Source of the DNA: Candidatus Omnitrophota bacterium | Lineage (GTDB): Bacteria > Omnitrophota > Gorgyraeia > JABMRN01 > RBG-13-46-9 | Direction: 5' to 3' | Length of the DNA: 64,000 nucleotides | Assembly: GCA_013203315.1 (NCBI GenBank) | Contig: JABMQJ010000007.1 | Coordinates: 1 to 64,000 of the forward strand | Part shown: in pieces, positions 19,691 through 30,314 of the stretch | How the letters are laid out: each line of letters begins with the position of its first letter | How positions within the stretch are numbered: the first letter of the stretch is position 1 | Made by a program: the position numbers and the translations under genes | The notes under the pieces: generated by a model | What the model was told of the DNA's origin: nothing | Databases searched by the model: none | Seen by the model: only the letters and a program-made list of their open reading frames with translations

Positions 19691-20411
19691 CCGCTCGAGC
19701 ACTTCGCTCGCGAAAATAAATCGCATACCACACACGCCAAACGTCCGCCATGGCGCCAAAAAGTACGCCCATCCTAATTCCGTGCGAGCGGCCGCTTCTC
19801 CTGGGAGAAGTTTCAACCGGATAGTCAATTATGCGATACCCGGCGCGGGTTGCGCGTATTAAACGTTCCGCCTCCGAAAACGGAGTTTTAGAAACCAATG
19901 TAAATTTCTCGATAATTTCACGCTTCATAAGCTTGACAGCCCCCGCGTCAAATGTATGAATCCCAAATAATGCACGAGGCACCATATTAAAAAACCATGA
20001 AATAAATTCCCTCCATAGCCCGTAATTCTTTTTCTTCCGTCGCGCGATAACTATATCGCACTTCCTCACCAAAGGCAACATTTTCAAAATTATCGCGGTA
20101 TCCCATTGTCTGTCGGAGGCATTCACGAAAATAAAGTCCTTTCTGGATTCTTTATATAAATGTTCAAAACTGGCGTGTATCCCGATATTGCGCGGATGGT
20201 TAATTACGCGAATGTCGGGAAAGCGTCCGACCATCTCCCTGATTTTCTCGGGTGAACGATCCGTTGAACCGTCGTTGCAAACTAAGATTTCATAATCCAG
20301 CCCGGAATTTGCGAGAAGCCGGTGAGAACTTTCCAGTACTTCGCTTATCGTAGCTTCCTCGTTATATACGGGAAATCCTACCGAGACACTGGGAAGATTC
20401 ATGTTTTTCAT
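19677..20411 (-). CDS. GT2, DPM1-like glycosyltransferase
   Basis: PVYNEE, CNDGSTD, HPRNIG, RRSGRS. Confidence 0.8.
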   Translation of the reverse strand: MKNMNLPSVSVGFPVYNEEATISEVLESSHRLLANSGLDYEILVCNDGSTDRSPEKIREMVGRFPDIRVINHPRNIGIHASFEHLYKESRKDFIFVNASDRQWDTAIILKMLPLVRKCDIVIARRKKKNYGLWREFISWFFNMVPRALFGIHTFDAGAVKLMKREIIEKFTLVSKTPFSEAERLIRATRAGYRIIDYPVETSPRRSGRSHGIRMGVLFGAMADVWRVWYAIYFRERSARAVKRV

Positions 20412-21436
20412 TTTGCTATTTTCATCGTGGTAAGTTTAATCGGACGGCCTTTGCAAGATATGGACTTAGTAGCCGCTTCCAGGATTTGCACTACCCTTAA
20501 TCCTGATTCACCGTCAGTGATGGGGTGTTTCTTTTTTTCTATACAATTGACAAAATGCGCCGCCTCTGTACGTAAGGCTTCGGTTATATCAAGTTGTGGA
20601 ACCCATATATCGCCTGTTCGGTAGCTTACTAACATCTTGTATATGCTTTTAGCATCGCTCTTAACATTGATCCCTTTGTCGTAAACCTTAACCTTCTCGC
20701 TCGGTTCCAGATCATCATAAACAATCATTTTCTGGCTTCCGCCTATTAACGTGCGGCGGACTTTCACCGGAGCCAGCCAATTGACATGTATATGGGCTAT
20801 CAAACGATTCTTAAAAAACAACGTAAGATAAGCAATGTTCTCCGGCTGATTGGCAACATGACTCATGCCGGTAGCAGATACGGCGTACGGCCGCATCGGT
20901 AGTAGATAATCTATGACCGAGACATCGTGTACGGCTAAGTCCCATATAACGTTGACGTCATGCTGGAACAGGCCAAGATTAACGCGCACCGCATCGTAAT
21001 AATAGATATCCCCGAGTTCCTTGCTTTTTATTAATTCTTTAATCCTGCGAACTGCCCCTGTGTATACAAATGTGTGATCCACCATTAGAACACGTTTTCT
21101 GCGATCGGCTTCTTTTATGAGCAATGACGCTTTTTCTTTTGTTGTCGCCAGAGGCTTTTCCAGCAAAACGTGCTTGCCGGCCTTTAACGCCTCCATCGCT
21201 ATCTTAAAATGGGTTGAACATGGCGTAGCTATTGCAACGGCGTCGAGATCCTTGTTGGTGAGCAAATCTCGATAATCATTTGTTGTTTTTACATATGGAT
21301 ATCTCTGCTTTACAGCACTTAGGCGTTCCGGTCGGAGATCCGTTACGGCAATAACTTTGCAGCCCGGCGTTTCAGCAAAATTCCGCACTAAATTCGGCCC
21401 CCAATAACCATAGCCAATCACACCAATGTGAACCAT
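20408..21436 (-). CDS. Gfo/Idh/MocA oxidoreductase (WbpB/WlbA-like sugar C3 dehydrogenase)
   Basis: IGYGYWGPNLVRNF, HVLLEKPL, WDLAVHD. Confidence 0.85.
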   Translation of the reverse strand: MVHIGVIGYGYWGPNLVRNFAETPGCKVIAVTDLRPERLSAVKQRYPYVKTTNDYRDLLTNKDLDAVAIATPCSTHFKIAMEALKAGKHVLLEKPLATTKEKASLLIKEADRRKRVLMVDHTFVYTGAVRRIKELIKSKELGDIYYYDAVRVNLGLFQHDVNVIWDLAVHDVSVIDYLLPMRPYAVSATGMSHVANQPENIAYLTLFFKNRLIAHIHVNWLAPVKVRRTLIGGSQKMIVYDDLEPSEKVKVYDKGINVKSDAKSIYKMLVSYRTGDIWVPQLDITEALRTEAAHFVNCIEKKKHPITDGESGLRVVQILEAATKSISCKGRPIKLTTMKIAK

Positions 21437-21438
21437 TA

Positions 21439-21918
21439 TTACACTCCTTTTTTGCGCACGTCACCTATGACTTTAGCCGGCACCCCGGCTACGATAGAGT
21501 AATCCGGCACATCCTGCGTCACCACGGCACCCGCGCCTATCATGGCGCTTTTACCTATGGTAACCCCGCACATGATCGTAGCAGAGCTGCCGATTGAACA
21601 GCCGCTCTTGACACAAATTGCGCTAACCTTCCAATCGGTTTCGGTTTTCAAGCGCCCTCCTACGGCAGATCTCGGATAGCGGTCATTAATGAACATGGCG
21701 CCGTGGCCTACAAATACTTCGTCTTCAATTGTCACGCCTTCACAGATAAATGTATGCGAAGATATCTTACAACGCGCGCCTACTTTGGCATTTTTTTGAA
21801 TTTCTACGAAAGAACCTATTTTAGTTTCATCGCCTATGCTGCAACCATAGAGATTTACAAGTTCGGGGTGCGGTATTTTTACGTCTTTCCCCAGTCGTAC
21901 ATCTTTTTCTATCGGCAT
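21439..21918 (-). CDS. Hexapeptide-repeat N-acetyltransferase (WbpD/WlbB-like)
   Basis: NLYGCSIG..IGSFVEIQK..CKISSHTFICEGV, FIND.YP, AGVPAK; strong RBS before ATG 21918. Confidence 0.85.
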   Translation of the reverse strand: MPIEKDVRLGKDVKIPHPELVNLYGCSIGDETKIGSFVEIQKNAKVGARCKISSHTFICEGVTIEDEVFVGHGAMFINDRYPRSAVGGRLKTETDWKVSAICVKSGCSIGSSATIMCGVTIGKSAMIGAGAVVTQDVPDYSIVAGVPAKVIGDVRKKGV

Positions 21919-21941
21919 ATTATGCTCCTCTCCTCCGGCGG

Positions 21942-23246
21942 TCACCACAGTCCTATGCGTTCGGCGAATCCTTTAACAAAACTTTTTGTTATGGCGGAAT
22001 ATTTAAATAAAAAATATGTGAAAATAAAATATCCGCTCACATATAGCAGGGAATATATTTTTTGTCCTCCCTTATTTACAAACCCGTAGATACCGTAAGA
22101 ACCCAGAAGGATAATATAGCCGTCTATCGGCATCCTGTAACGCGAGAACCCCGGGAATAATAAGGTAAACGACATAAAATATAAAATTACAATAAGTATG
22201 TTCCAAATTTCTTTATTCTCTTTAAACGCGAAAAAAGTGCCTAAAAAAGCGAAGGGTAACATAAAAATATACTGAAAATTAATAACATTCCCTCCCAAGA
22301 TTTCCCAATCAATGATATTCCAGAAAAATAAAAATCTTATGGCAAACATTTTAAGCGCAAATAAGGGTTGTGTTCTATAAATTTTTATCGCCTCGTGCAT
22401 GAAAAAATTATTACGTTCGGCCTCATTCGACATAGTATCATAGTTAATCGACATCGGGCTGCCCGGAGGGAAAGTAAATATCATGCCGTCCGCGGGCTTG
22501 CAGAGCCCTTGGTACATATTGATCCCGCCGTTTGTCGAGACTAATACAAATTTTCCATGGGCCCTGTAGTTTCGGACCGTCCAGGGCACTATTAGGATTA
22601 AAAAACAGAGGGCGAGCGCTAAAGAAAAGGCCGCGATTTTCGTCCATGGTAACTTGTTTTTACGCATTTTTGGAAGTAAAATAAAAAGTACTATAAAAGG
22701 CAGGAAGACGGCTGCTGATCTTGTGAGAGTAGCAATGCCGCATAATATACCCAACAGACAAAACCATTTCACGCCCGGTTTCTTGGCGATAATAGCCAGA
22801 TAGATTATGGAAACCAAAAGAAACGTAAAAAGTGTTTCGGTGTATAGCATTTTTGAGCAAATAATAAACGTCATGTAAAGGGATGAAAAAATACCCGTGA
22901 TTATCGCCGTGGGCTTGTTAAAAATTTTCTCTGCCGTTAGATAAAGGATGCATACCGTGATAGAAGATATGATAACTTGGATAACCCGAACGGCAAAATA
23001 ACTGTGGCCGAATATGGCGTAAATAAACGCCAGGAAGCCTGCGTAAAACGGCGGTCTGTACGAAGTTGCGGCACCATCGGAATCCACATAGGCCCTTTCC
23101 TCCAAAAGCCTCATAGCTAGATTATCATGCTCGATTTCGTCCGTTTCTATTCCGGTGGGGCTACCCGCCAAATACAGGACCCGGATCGAAAATGCCGCAG
23201 CAAAGATAAGCAGAACTATTAGTAAACCTTTGTACTTGTTTCCCAT
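21942..23246 (-). CDS. ArnT/PMT-like GT-C glycosyltransferase
   Basis: DEIEH acidic loop, YRPPFY, YTETLF, LTRS, PWTVRNY...STNGGIN; ATG 23246. Confidence 0.8.
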   Translation of the reverse strand: MGNKYKGLLIVLLIFAAAFSIRVLYLAGSPTGIETDEIEHDNLAMRLLEERAYVDSDGAATSYRPPFYAGFLAFIYAIFGHSYFAVRVIQVIISSITVCILYLTAEKIFNKPTAIITGIFSSLYMTFIICSKMLYTETLFTFLLVSIIYLAIIAKKPGVKWFCLLGILCGIATLTRSAAVFLPFIVLFILLPKMRKNKLPWTKIAAFSLALALCFLILIVPWTVRNYRAHGKFVLVSTNGGINMYQGLCKPADGMIFTFPPGSPMSINYDTMSNEAERNNFFMHEAIKIYRTQPLFALKMFAIRFLFFWNIIDWEILGGNVINFQYIFMLPFAFLGTFFAFKENKEIWNILIVILYFMSFTLLFPGFSRYRMPIDGYIILLGSYGIYGFVNKGGQKIYSLLYVSGYFIFTYFLFKYSAITKSFVKGFAERIGLW

Positions 23247-23253
23247 AATAATA

Positions 23254-24282
23254 TTACGTTTTGTTGGCCGCAACCCCTGCCAGTATATCCGTCATCCTTG
23301 GCCCGCACACATTGTAAGAATAATATTCTTTCACCCGCTGCCTGCCCTGCTGCCCCATTCTCTCCCGCAACGAACGATCTTCAATCATTCGAGAAAGTTT
23401 ATCAAACCACTCTTTGTCGGTTTCTGCTAAATATCCGTTTGTGCCGTCAGTAATTAAACTGGCGTTTATGCCTACGGGGCTTGCAACGCAAGGGATCCCT
23501 CTGGACATGTAAAGTAATAATTTATATCCGGCCTTTTTACAGGACCACTCGTTTTGCTCCAGAGGCATGATGCCTATATCGATCTCATCGAGAAATTTAT
23601 TTTGTTTTTCGATAGACCATTCTGGTATCGTTACACCCAAAGCCTCAAGGCCTTGATTCCTTTCGGCGCCCATGAATTCTATATTCAGATTTTTAAATTT
23701 GTCTTTTAAATCTTTTAAAACAGGCAAAATAATGGAAAGATATTTGGAGGTTTCCGGGGAACCCACCCATCCTAAAGTAGCAAAGCTTTTCCTTTTCGGC
23801 AAAACTTGATTACTTACATCAACCGGGCTAATCAAGTAATGTACGTTTCGATTGTGCTTGCATGCGAATTGCCCAAATTCTTTATGTGAAACGATAACAG
23901 AAGCTGCATCTTTTAACATATATCCGATATCCCTATCGAGGTAAATTGCGTCGTCAAAGTCGAACACAATGTTTTTGTTTAAGGCTTTGAGCATCTTCAG
24001 TATTATTTTAGGCAGTATTACTTTTTGCACAAAGATAATATCGTATCTTTTCGATAATATAAAAACAGCCATAAAGATGTATATTTTATAGAAAGTTTCT
24101 AAAATATATTGCCATGCGCTGTCCTTCTTTAAGTTCAGTATCCGCCTGCATTTAGCGTGCGTGGTAAAAGAAAGAACGTTATAAGCTATGCCCTTTTCTT
24201 TCAGAAAAGGCAGATATCCATATACCCTAGCCCTTGTGCTTGCAACAGTTTTATCGCCTATGGTCAAAAAAAGTACTTTCAT
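23254..24282 (-). CDS. GT4 glycosyltransferase (paralog of 9216-10292)
   Basis: STRARV, FDFDDAIYL, GWVGSP, DIGIMPL, YKLLLYMSRGIPCVASPVG. Confidence 0.85.
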   Translation of the reverse strand: MKVLFLTIGDKTVASTRARVYGYLPFLKEKGIAYNVLSFTTHAKCRRILNLKKDSAWQYILETFYKIYIFMAVFILSKRYDIIFVQKVILPKIILKMLKALNKNIVFDFDDAIYLDRDIGYMLKDAASVIVSHKEFGQFACKHNRNVHYLISPVDVSNQVLPKRKSFATLGWVGSPETSKYLSIILPVLKDLKDKFKNLNIEFMGAERNQGLEALGVTIPEWSIEKQNKFLDEIDIGIMPLEQNEWSCKKAGYKLLLYMSRGIPCVASPVGINASLITDGTNGYLAETDKEWFDKLSRMIEDRSLRERMGQQGRQRVKEYYSYNVCGPRMTDILAGVAANKT

Positions 24283-24295
24283 TATAAAATTGGGT

Positions 24296-25420
24296 TTATT
24301 TGAATTCCTTGCATTTACCTTTTCGAATTACATCTACAATTCTTTTGGCAGCCATTCCGTCGCCGAAAGGATTTTTTGCAAATCTTCCACTGCTGCTTTT
24401 TGCTTTCAACGCCTTGTTAACATGCTTATTTATTTTACGCGGGTCCGTCCCTACAAGAATCGAGGTACCTGCCCTAACAGCTTCCGGGCGCTCGGTACAG
24501 ATCCTGGTCACAAATACTTTTTTCTTTAAGAACGGCGCTTCTTCCTGAACCCCTCCGGAATCGGAAATAATAAACTTGGAACGGTCCATTAAATGCACAA
24601 ATTCTTTATATGGCGGGGGCTCAATAAGCTTAACATTTTTTAATCCGCTTAAAGTCCTAAAAACGACTCCTCTTGCGTTCGGGTTAAGGTGAGCTGCCCA
24701 GAGCCAGCGAAAATCGGGATGTTTCTTTGCCAGGGACTTGATAGTAAGGCATATGTTTTTCATTCCGCCGTTAAAGTTTTCCCGTCTGTGGCCTGTAATA
24801 AGCGCGTAAGGTATCTCTAAAAAGGTTTTGTTAACACCTGTCACGTCAGGCGCATTTCGCCTTACTTTCTTTAAGACCCCTTTTAAAGCATCTATCACGG
24901 TATTGCCGGTTACAAATATTCTTTTCGGGTCCGTGCCCTCTTTCAGTAAGCTAAGTTTTGCGTACGGTGTAGGGCAAAAATTAAATCTCGCTACAAGTGA
25001 AACAAATTCGCGGTTTACCTCCTCGGGAAAAGGATTTCTGTTATCCCCGGAACGCAAACCCGCCTCAATATGGCCCACATCTATGTTTTCGTAATAAGCG
25101 GCCAGCGCTGCAGCAAAAACCGTAGAGGTGTCCCCTTGTAGAAGAACAAGATCCGGTTGTACTTTGCGGTATATTTTTCCTATTGCCTTCATAACACCTG
25201 AGGTAACATCGTAAAGTGTCTGTTTCGGCTTCATTAGGTTAAGATCTATATCGGGTTTAATGCCGAATTCGGCTAAGGCTTGGTCCAATAGATACCGATG
25301 TTGGGCCGTAACGCAGACGATGGGCTTTAAGCCCTTAGTTTTTTTTGCAAGCTCGATTACCGGAGCCATTTTTATGGCTTCCGGCCGCGTTCCGAAAACA
25401 AATAAGATCTTTTTCGGCAT
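24296..25420 (-). CDS. wecB: UDP-GlcNAc 2-epimerase (non-hydrolysing)
   Basis: FGTRPEAIKMAP, QGDT, HIEAGLRS, PFPEE, HRREN, DSGGVQEEAP, TERPE. Confidence 0.95.
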   Translation of the reverse strand: MPKKILFVFGTRPEAIKMAPVIELAKKTKGLKPIVCVTAQHRYLLDQALAEFGIKPDIDLNLMKPKQTLYDVTSGVMKAIGKIYRKVQPDLVLLQGDTSTVFAAALAAYYENIDVGHIEAGLRSGDNRNPFPEEVNREFVSLVARFNFCPTPYAKLSLLKEGTDPKRIFVTGNTVIDALKGVLKKVRRNAPDVTGVNKTFLEIPYALITGHRRENFNGGMKNICLTIKSLAKKHPDFRWLWAAHLNPNARGVVFRTLSGLKNVKLIEPPPYKEFVHLMDRSKFIISDSGGVQEEAPFLKKKVFVTRICTERPEAVRAGTSILVGTDPRKINKHVNKALKAKSSSGRFAKNPFGDGMAAKRIVDVIRKGKCKEFK

Positions 25421-25422
25421 AA

Positions 25423-25986
25423 TCAGATTTTCCTTTTACATGAAGTGCATCGGCTATTCTTACTTTTCAACGGTTGTCCGCAATAGCATGCATATCCTTT
25501 TACCACAGCCGGCACACCGTAAACAAGCGCATGAGGCGGCACATTTTTAGTTACTACCGAGCCCATTCCTATCATGCAATATTTTCCCAGGGTTATGCCG
25601 CACCCTATGACTGCGCCGGCGCCTATGGTTACGCCTTCCTCGACTAGGGTTTCTTCTGTTTCCTCGGTGGGTCCGGACGTGTAGAGCTTGTTCCCCGGGC
25701 CCTTAACTGATCTTGGAAATCTATCATTTGTAAAAATTGTACCTGCCGATATCATGACCTTGTCTTTTATTGTAACTCCGGCACATATGTAAGCGGACGA
25801 GTTTATCTTAACTAGATTTCCGATCTTGACATCATAGGCGATGTAGGTTTTACCTCCTATTATGGAATTTTTACCTATCTCGGCGTTTTTTCTTATGTGA
25901 ACGTTATCCCAAACACTTGTGCCCGCGCCGATCTTGACATCTTTTTCTATGATTGCTGTTTTGTGTATAAAAACGTCCTTACCCAT
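25423..25986 (-). CDS. Hexapeptide-repeat acyltransferase (WbpD-like) with C-terminal CxCG..CxxC
   Basis: Left-handed beta-helix repeats, FTNDRFPRS, YGVPA, CYCG..CTSC. Confidence 0.85.
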   Translation of the reverse strand: MGKDVFIHKTAIIEKDVKIGAGTSVWDNVHIRKNAEIGKNSIIGGKTYIAYDVKIGNLVKINSSAYICAGVTIKDKVMISAGTIFTNDRFPRSVKGPGNKLYTSGPTEETEETLVEEGVTIGAGAVIGCGITLGKYCMIGMGSVVTKNVPPHALVYGVPAVVKGYACYCGQPLKSKNSRCTSCKRKI

Positions 25987-25987
25987 A

Positions 25988-26974
25988 TCAACCTACCTTT
26001 ATCCATTTATTCATTCTGCCAGATTCATAGGCCTTTTCAATAACCTTTACGGATTCAAACCCGTCCACATCTGTTATTATGGGTTTTATACCCGTTGTTA
26101 TGCATTCTATGAAGTGCTTACCCTGGTTAGAGAAAGCCCTTTGTTTATCATAACCGCTTCCAAAAACCTGCCAGTTATCTTTTCCGTGCAGTTTATACTG
26201 TGACGACTTCCACCCTATGAGAAGCGTTCCTTCGGTCCCATAAATGCTTATGTAGCTGGGCATGTCTTTATTTAAACTCCAGCTTAAGTCAATGGTTCCC
26301 ATCACTTTGGATTTACTCTGGAAATATATACGCGCGGTATCTTCTACCGGTACCCTCTGTATCTGGCAACCGAATTGCGCCTGCGTAAGGGCTATGGGGC
26401 CCAAGAGGAATCTTGCGATATCAACCGAATGCGCGCCGTTATCGATCAATACGCCGCCACCTGAGATTTTTTTATTCGAGTTCCATCTTTTTGTCATATC
26501 AACCCTGCTGCAAAAAACATTTTCAAAAAGCACAAGCTTACCGAGAGTCCCTGATTCTATTATGGCTTTCGCCTTAACTACGTCGTCGGTAAACCTGAAC
26601 TTTGATGCCATCATGAGCACTACACGATTTTTCTTAGCTGACTCACGCATCTTTTGCGCCGCGGATCTATTTAAGGCAAACGGTTTTTCACAGAGTACGT
26701 GGATCCCGTTTGACATCGCAAAAATCGATATTTCCGCATGCACATTAGGCGGAGCGCAAATAACAATGGCGTCGAGCTCTTCTTTTTTTATCATTGTCTT
26801 GTAATTTGTGTAGGCGCTACATTTGTATTGCTCGGCAAAGCTTTTTGCTTTCGTCTCTTCCTTGTCGGCAACGGCTTTTATGTTTACGTTCTTTATTTTA
26901 GCAAAAGCCCTTAAATGGTCCTGGGCTATTCTGCCGCAGCCTACAATAGCTAAATTTATTGTCTTTTTCTTCAT
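25988..26974 (-). CDS. Gfo/Idh/MocA oxidoreductase
   Basis: IVGCGRIA, HVLCEKPF, SGGGVLIDNGAH. Confidence 0.9.
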   Translation of the reverse strand: MKKKTINLAIVGCGRIAQDHLRAFAKIKNVNIKAVADKEETKAKSFAEQYKCSAYTNYKTMIKKEELDAIVICAPPNVHAEISIFAMSNGIHVLCEKPFALNRSAAQKMRESAKKNRVVLMMASKFRFTDDVVKAKAIIESGTLGKLVLFENVFCSRVDMTKRWNSNKKISGGGVLIDNGAHSVDIARFLLGPIALTQAQFGCQIQRVPVEDTARIYFQSKSKVMGTIDLSWSLNKDMPSYISIYGTEGTLLIGWKSSQYKLHGKDNWQVFGSGYDKQRAFSNQGKHFIECITTGIKPIITDVDGFESVKVIEKAYESGRMNKWIKVG

Positions 26975-28200
26975 CGCACCCCCTGTTTTTTCTTATTCAG
27001 AAAAGATTCGGTGACTTCTTTTATGTTTTTCGCTATGTAATCTACGTGCTCTGTGGTATAGAACTCATTCCACGGTAAAACCAGGACCTGCTCAAGAGCC
27101 TTCATCGTGCCGGGATATTCGGCAGTATCGTAAACAACTTCTTTTTCACCTTTCCTGCTTGAGCAATCGTATGGACAATGGCTCTTGCCGTAGGTTACCT
27201 TGTCTTTTAAAACTTTGCACATAAAGGCCGGTTTCTGTATATATCGCGGTACCGAAAAAATGTCTTTTTCCTTAAGTACCTTAGAGATTTCCGTTACACC
27301 TACGCCGAATAAATCGGTATCAACGATAAGGGCGTATTTCCAGAAAACATGCTCGCTATCTTTCGTAGATTCCGGCAAGGTTATACCGGGCGTACCCCGA
27401 AGACGCTCTGTAAGCAATTTTGCTGTATCCTGTCGTCTTTTCACAACGCCTCTTACTTTCCTAAGCTGCGCCAAGGCTACTGCGCCCTGAAGATCGGTCA
27501 TTCTATAGTTTAAAGCGAGGAAATAGTGATCCGGATTCGGGTCTCCGTATCCCCAGGCTTTATCGATGAATAGCCTTATCCTTCGCTCGAGTGCGGCGTC
27601 TTTTGTAATGATTATACCGCCCTCGCCTGTTGTCATGTGCTTACCCTGTTGCAGGCTAAAACAGCCTATGTCGCCTATAGTTCCAACGTTTTTGCCCTTG
27701 TAAGTGGCAAAATAGGCCTGACAGCAATCCTCTATTACAGGAATTTTATGTTCTCGCGCAAGATCCATTATAGGATCCATTTCAGCGGGTTTTCCGAACA
27801 AATGCACAACTATTATGGCTTTGGTGCGTTTTGTAATCTTCGGTCTTATGGTATCAGCCGTAATGTTGAGTGTTACAGGATCCGTATCCGCAAAAATAGG
27901 TATCGCATTTTGATAAAGTATGGGTGTTATGCCTCCCATGTCCGTTATAGGGGTTGAGATGATTTCATCCCCCGGATCAGGGTTTACAGCAGCAATCGCT
28001 GTGTGGAGCGAAGATGTTCCGGAGGTCGTAGCATGAGCAAACCTTACACCGCATTCTTCGGCAAACTCCTTTACGAGTTTCTTAACCATAGTCCCCTTTG
28101 TCGCGTTTAGCGTACCGGATTCGATCACCTCTTTTAAAAGAGCTATTTCTTCTTTTCCTAAATCCCTTCCGGTTGAATTAGAATCGTTTGGCAGTTTCAT
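26971..28200 (-). CDS. DegT/DnrJ/EryC1/StrS aminotransferase
   Basis: PGDEII, EDCCQA, FSLQQGKHMTTGEGG, LNYRM; ATG 28200 follows GGAG. Confidence 0.9.
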   Translation of the reverse strand: MKLPNDSNSTGRDLGKEEIALLKEVIESGTLNATKGTMVKKLVKEFAEECGVRFAHATTSGTSSLHTAIAAVNPDPGDEIISTPITDMGGITPILYQNAIPIFADTDPVTLNITADTIRPKITKRTKAIIVVHLFGKPAEMDPIMDLAREHKIPVIEDCCQAYFATYKGKNVGTIGDIGCFSLQQGKHMTTGEGGIIITKDAALERRIRLFIDKAWGYGDPNPDHYFLALNYRMTDLQGAVALAQLRKVRGVVKRRQDTAKLLTERLRGTPGITLPESTKDSEHVFWKYALIVDTDLFGVGVTEISKVLKEKDIFSVPRYIQKPAFMCKVLKDKVTYGKSHCPYDCSSRKGEKEVVYDTAEYPGTMKALEQVLVLPWNEFYTTEHVDYIAKNIKEVTESFLNKKKQGVR

Positions 28201-28910
28201 GCGTTCTCCTTTCTTAACAATGTTCTCATAATAAAACACAAATGTTCCCTTATTAACTTTAAGCTTTTTGCGTGAGAAGATCCGAATTGTCTCACCTTTA
28301 AGGTAGCCGGGTATTCCACTATCTTCAGACCTTTCTTTCGCGCTTTTATCAATATCTCCGCCATTGCGAGAAACCCGTCAGACCTAAAATATGAATTTTT
28401 CAGGGCTTCTCTTTTATATATCCTAAACATGCTAGTATAGGTATAAAACTTGGATTTTACCACAATATTGTATAAATTTGAAAGATTTCTGCTCAAAAAC
28501 AGCCTATAAGCCGGCACGTTAAGCGTCGAGCCCTTTGGGTGATAAGGAGAAGCTGTGACAATATCAGCGTTTTCGTTTTTGATAATGTCTAGCATTTTAA
28601 CTAAATAGCTTGGTTCGTAAGTACAATCTGAGTCTATTGTTGCTATATAATCCCCGCGCGAATTCGATGCGCCTGTCTTAATAGCAGCGCCTACGCCCGT
28701 ATTTTTAGCGTGCTTTACGACCTTGACATCATTTCCGATTCGATCTCTATAGAGGCTGCGCAAGCGATCGTACGTAGAGTCTGAACTTCCGTCATCAACA
28801 AAAACAAACTCATGATCCTCGCGCAGATCCTGCTCCAGGTCTTTAAGCTTGGAGGCAAGATGTTCCAGGCCTTCTTCTTCATTAAAACATGGGATAACAA
28901 TAGATATCAT
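28197..28910 (-). CDS. GT2, DPM1-like polyprenyl-phosphate glycosyltransferase
   Basis: SIVIPCFNEE, VDDGSSD, IDSDCTY, TASPYHPKG, RQFGSS. Confidence 0.85.
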   Translation of the reverse strand: MISIVIPCFNEEEGLEHLASKLKDLEQDLREDHEFVFVDDGSSDSTYDRLRSLYRDRIGNDVKVVKHAKNTGVGAAIKTGASNSRGDYIATIDSDCTYEPSYLVKMLDIIKNENADIVTASPYHPKGSTLNVPAYRLFLSRNLSNLYNIVVKSKFYTYTSMFRIYKREALKNSYFRSDGFLAMAEILIKARKKGLKIVEYPATLKVRQFGSSHAKSLKLIREHLCFIMRTLLRKENA

Positions 28911-28919
28911 TTTGAATTC

Positions 28920-30314
28920 CTATTTTATCATTGCCTTTAAAAGATTTTTTCCGGCGTCAAAATTAAGTTTTAATCGATGAATGGATTTTAATCTGCGTGC
29001 CTGTTTCAGAAAAATGCCGGGCCTCAAATAAAATTCTCTGTAGGCACGTTTTTGCAAATCCCTGATCTCCTCTGCGGTTAGATCTTTTAATCTGTGCACC
29101 GGTGAAGTATGTATGCCGTAATTATCAAAATTATGTTCGAAAATGAGGTTGTTGCCAAGCAGTTCATCGTAAACCTCTGTACCGGGAAAAGGCTTCAATA
29201 TATGAAATTTTGCGATATCAGGATTGATTTTCTTCGCAAATTCAATGGTTTTCCTTATATCATCGGCTGTTTCGCCGGGTAAACCCATTATAAAAAATGC
29301 CCATATTTCTATGCCATATTTGCGCGTTATCTTAAAAACCTCCTCAATCCGTTCAAGCTTAATGCCCTTTTTGATTCTGTCCAGTATTTTCTGGCTACCC
29401 GATTCAATCCCGAAAGCGATGCTATAGATACCCATCTCCTTTAGAGCGCTAAGAAGCTCCTCGTCGACAGAATCGATCCTCATGCCGTCCGGTACTGCAA
29501 AGTTCAGGCGTAAATTTCTCTTTTTTATTTCATCCTTGATCCGGATGACCCTCGATTTTATAAGCGCGAAATTATCGTCCCAGATATGTATTTCTTTAGC
29601 TCCGAATTCTCTGACCAGGTATTCTATTTCATCAACTATATTCTTAGGCGATCTTGTCCTGAATTTTCGTTTAAAAATACAGCTTCCCGCGCAATAGGTG
29701 CAACGGGCAGGACAGCCTCTGCTTGTAATAATCGGAAATACAGGGGTAGCCAATGTATCGGGATATGTATAGTTGCGGTTGTTGCAAAGGTGCCTTGCCG
29801 GAAAGGGAACTTCGTCGAGATTGTCAATGAGTTCCCTATCTTTATTTTTATGTACCTTCCCGTTCTTTCTATAATAAATGCCGTCTATCGATTCCGGGCC
29901 ACGACGGCCTTCCAGATAATCGGCGAGTTCAACTATTGTCCTTTCCCCTTCGCCCTTAACGATAAAGTCGACTGAATCAAACTTCATTGACTCTTCCGGT
30001 AGCGCCGTTACGTGAATGCCGCCTAGGACTGTAAGTGCTTTGGAATATTTTTTAACCAGCTTTGACAGGGAAATGGCTTCGTTAAAAGTAGGCGTAGTCG
30101 TGGTTATCCCTACCAGATCATAATTATGTTCTTCTAATTTTTTTATAAAATCCTTTTCAGAAATCTTATCGGCATCCATATCGATAATGTTAACTGTACG
30201 GCCCGCCGCCTCCAGGACCGAGCCGATATATCCAAGCCCAAGGGGCGGAAAATCCGGAGCCGAAAGCTTTCCGTATATTTTTGACTGTGAGGGAGCGGCT
30301 AATAAAATTTTCAT
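28920..30314 (-). CDS. B12-binding radical SAM protein
   Basis: PPLGLGYI, LGGIHVT, GEGE, TSRGCPARCTYC, WDDNF, GIESGS, GLPGET, PFPGT. Confidence 0.9.
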   Translation of the reverse strand: MKILLAAPSQSKIYGKLSAPDFPPLGLGYIGSVLEAAGRTVNIIDMDADKISEKDFIKKLEEHNYDLVGITTTTPTFNEAISLSKLVKKYSKALTVLGGIHVTALPEESMKFDSVDFIVKGEGERTIVELADYLEGRRGPESIDGIYYRKNGKVHKNKDRELIDNLDEVPFPARHLCNNRNYTYPDTLATPVFPIITSRGCPARCTYCAGSCIFKRKFRTRSPKNIVDEIEYLVREFGAKEIHIWDDNFALIKSRVIRIKDEIKKRNLRLNFAVPDGMRIDSVDEELLSALKEMGIYSIAFGIESGSQKILDRIKKGIKLERIEEVFKITRKYGIEIWAFFIMGLPGETADDIRKTIEFAKKINPDIAKFHILKPFPGTEVYDELLGNNLIFEHNFDNYGIHTSPVHRLKDLTAEEIRDLQKRAYREFYLRPGIFLKQARRLKSIHRLKLNFDAGKNLLKAMIK

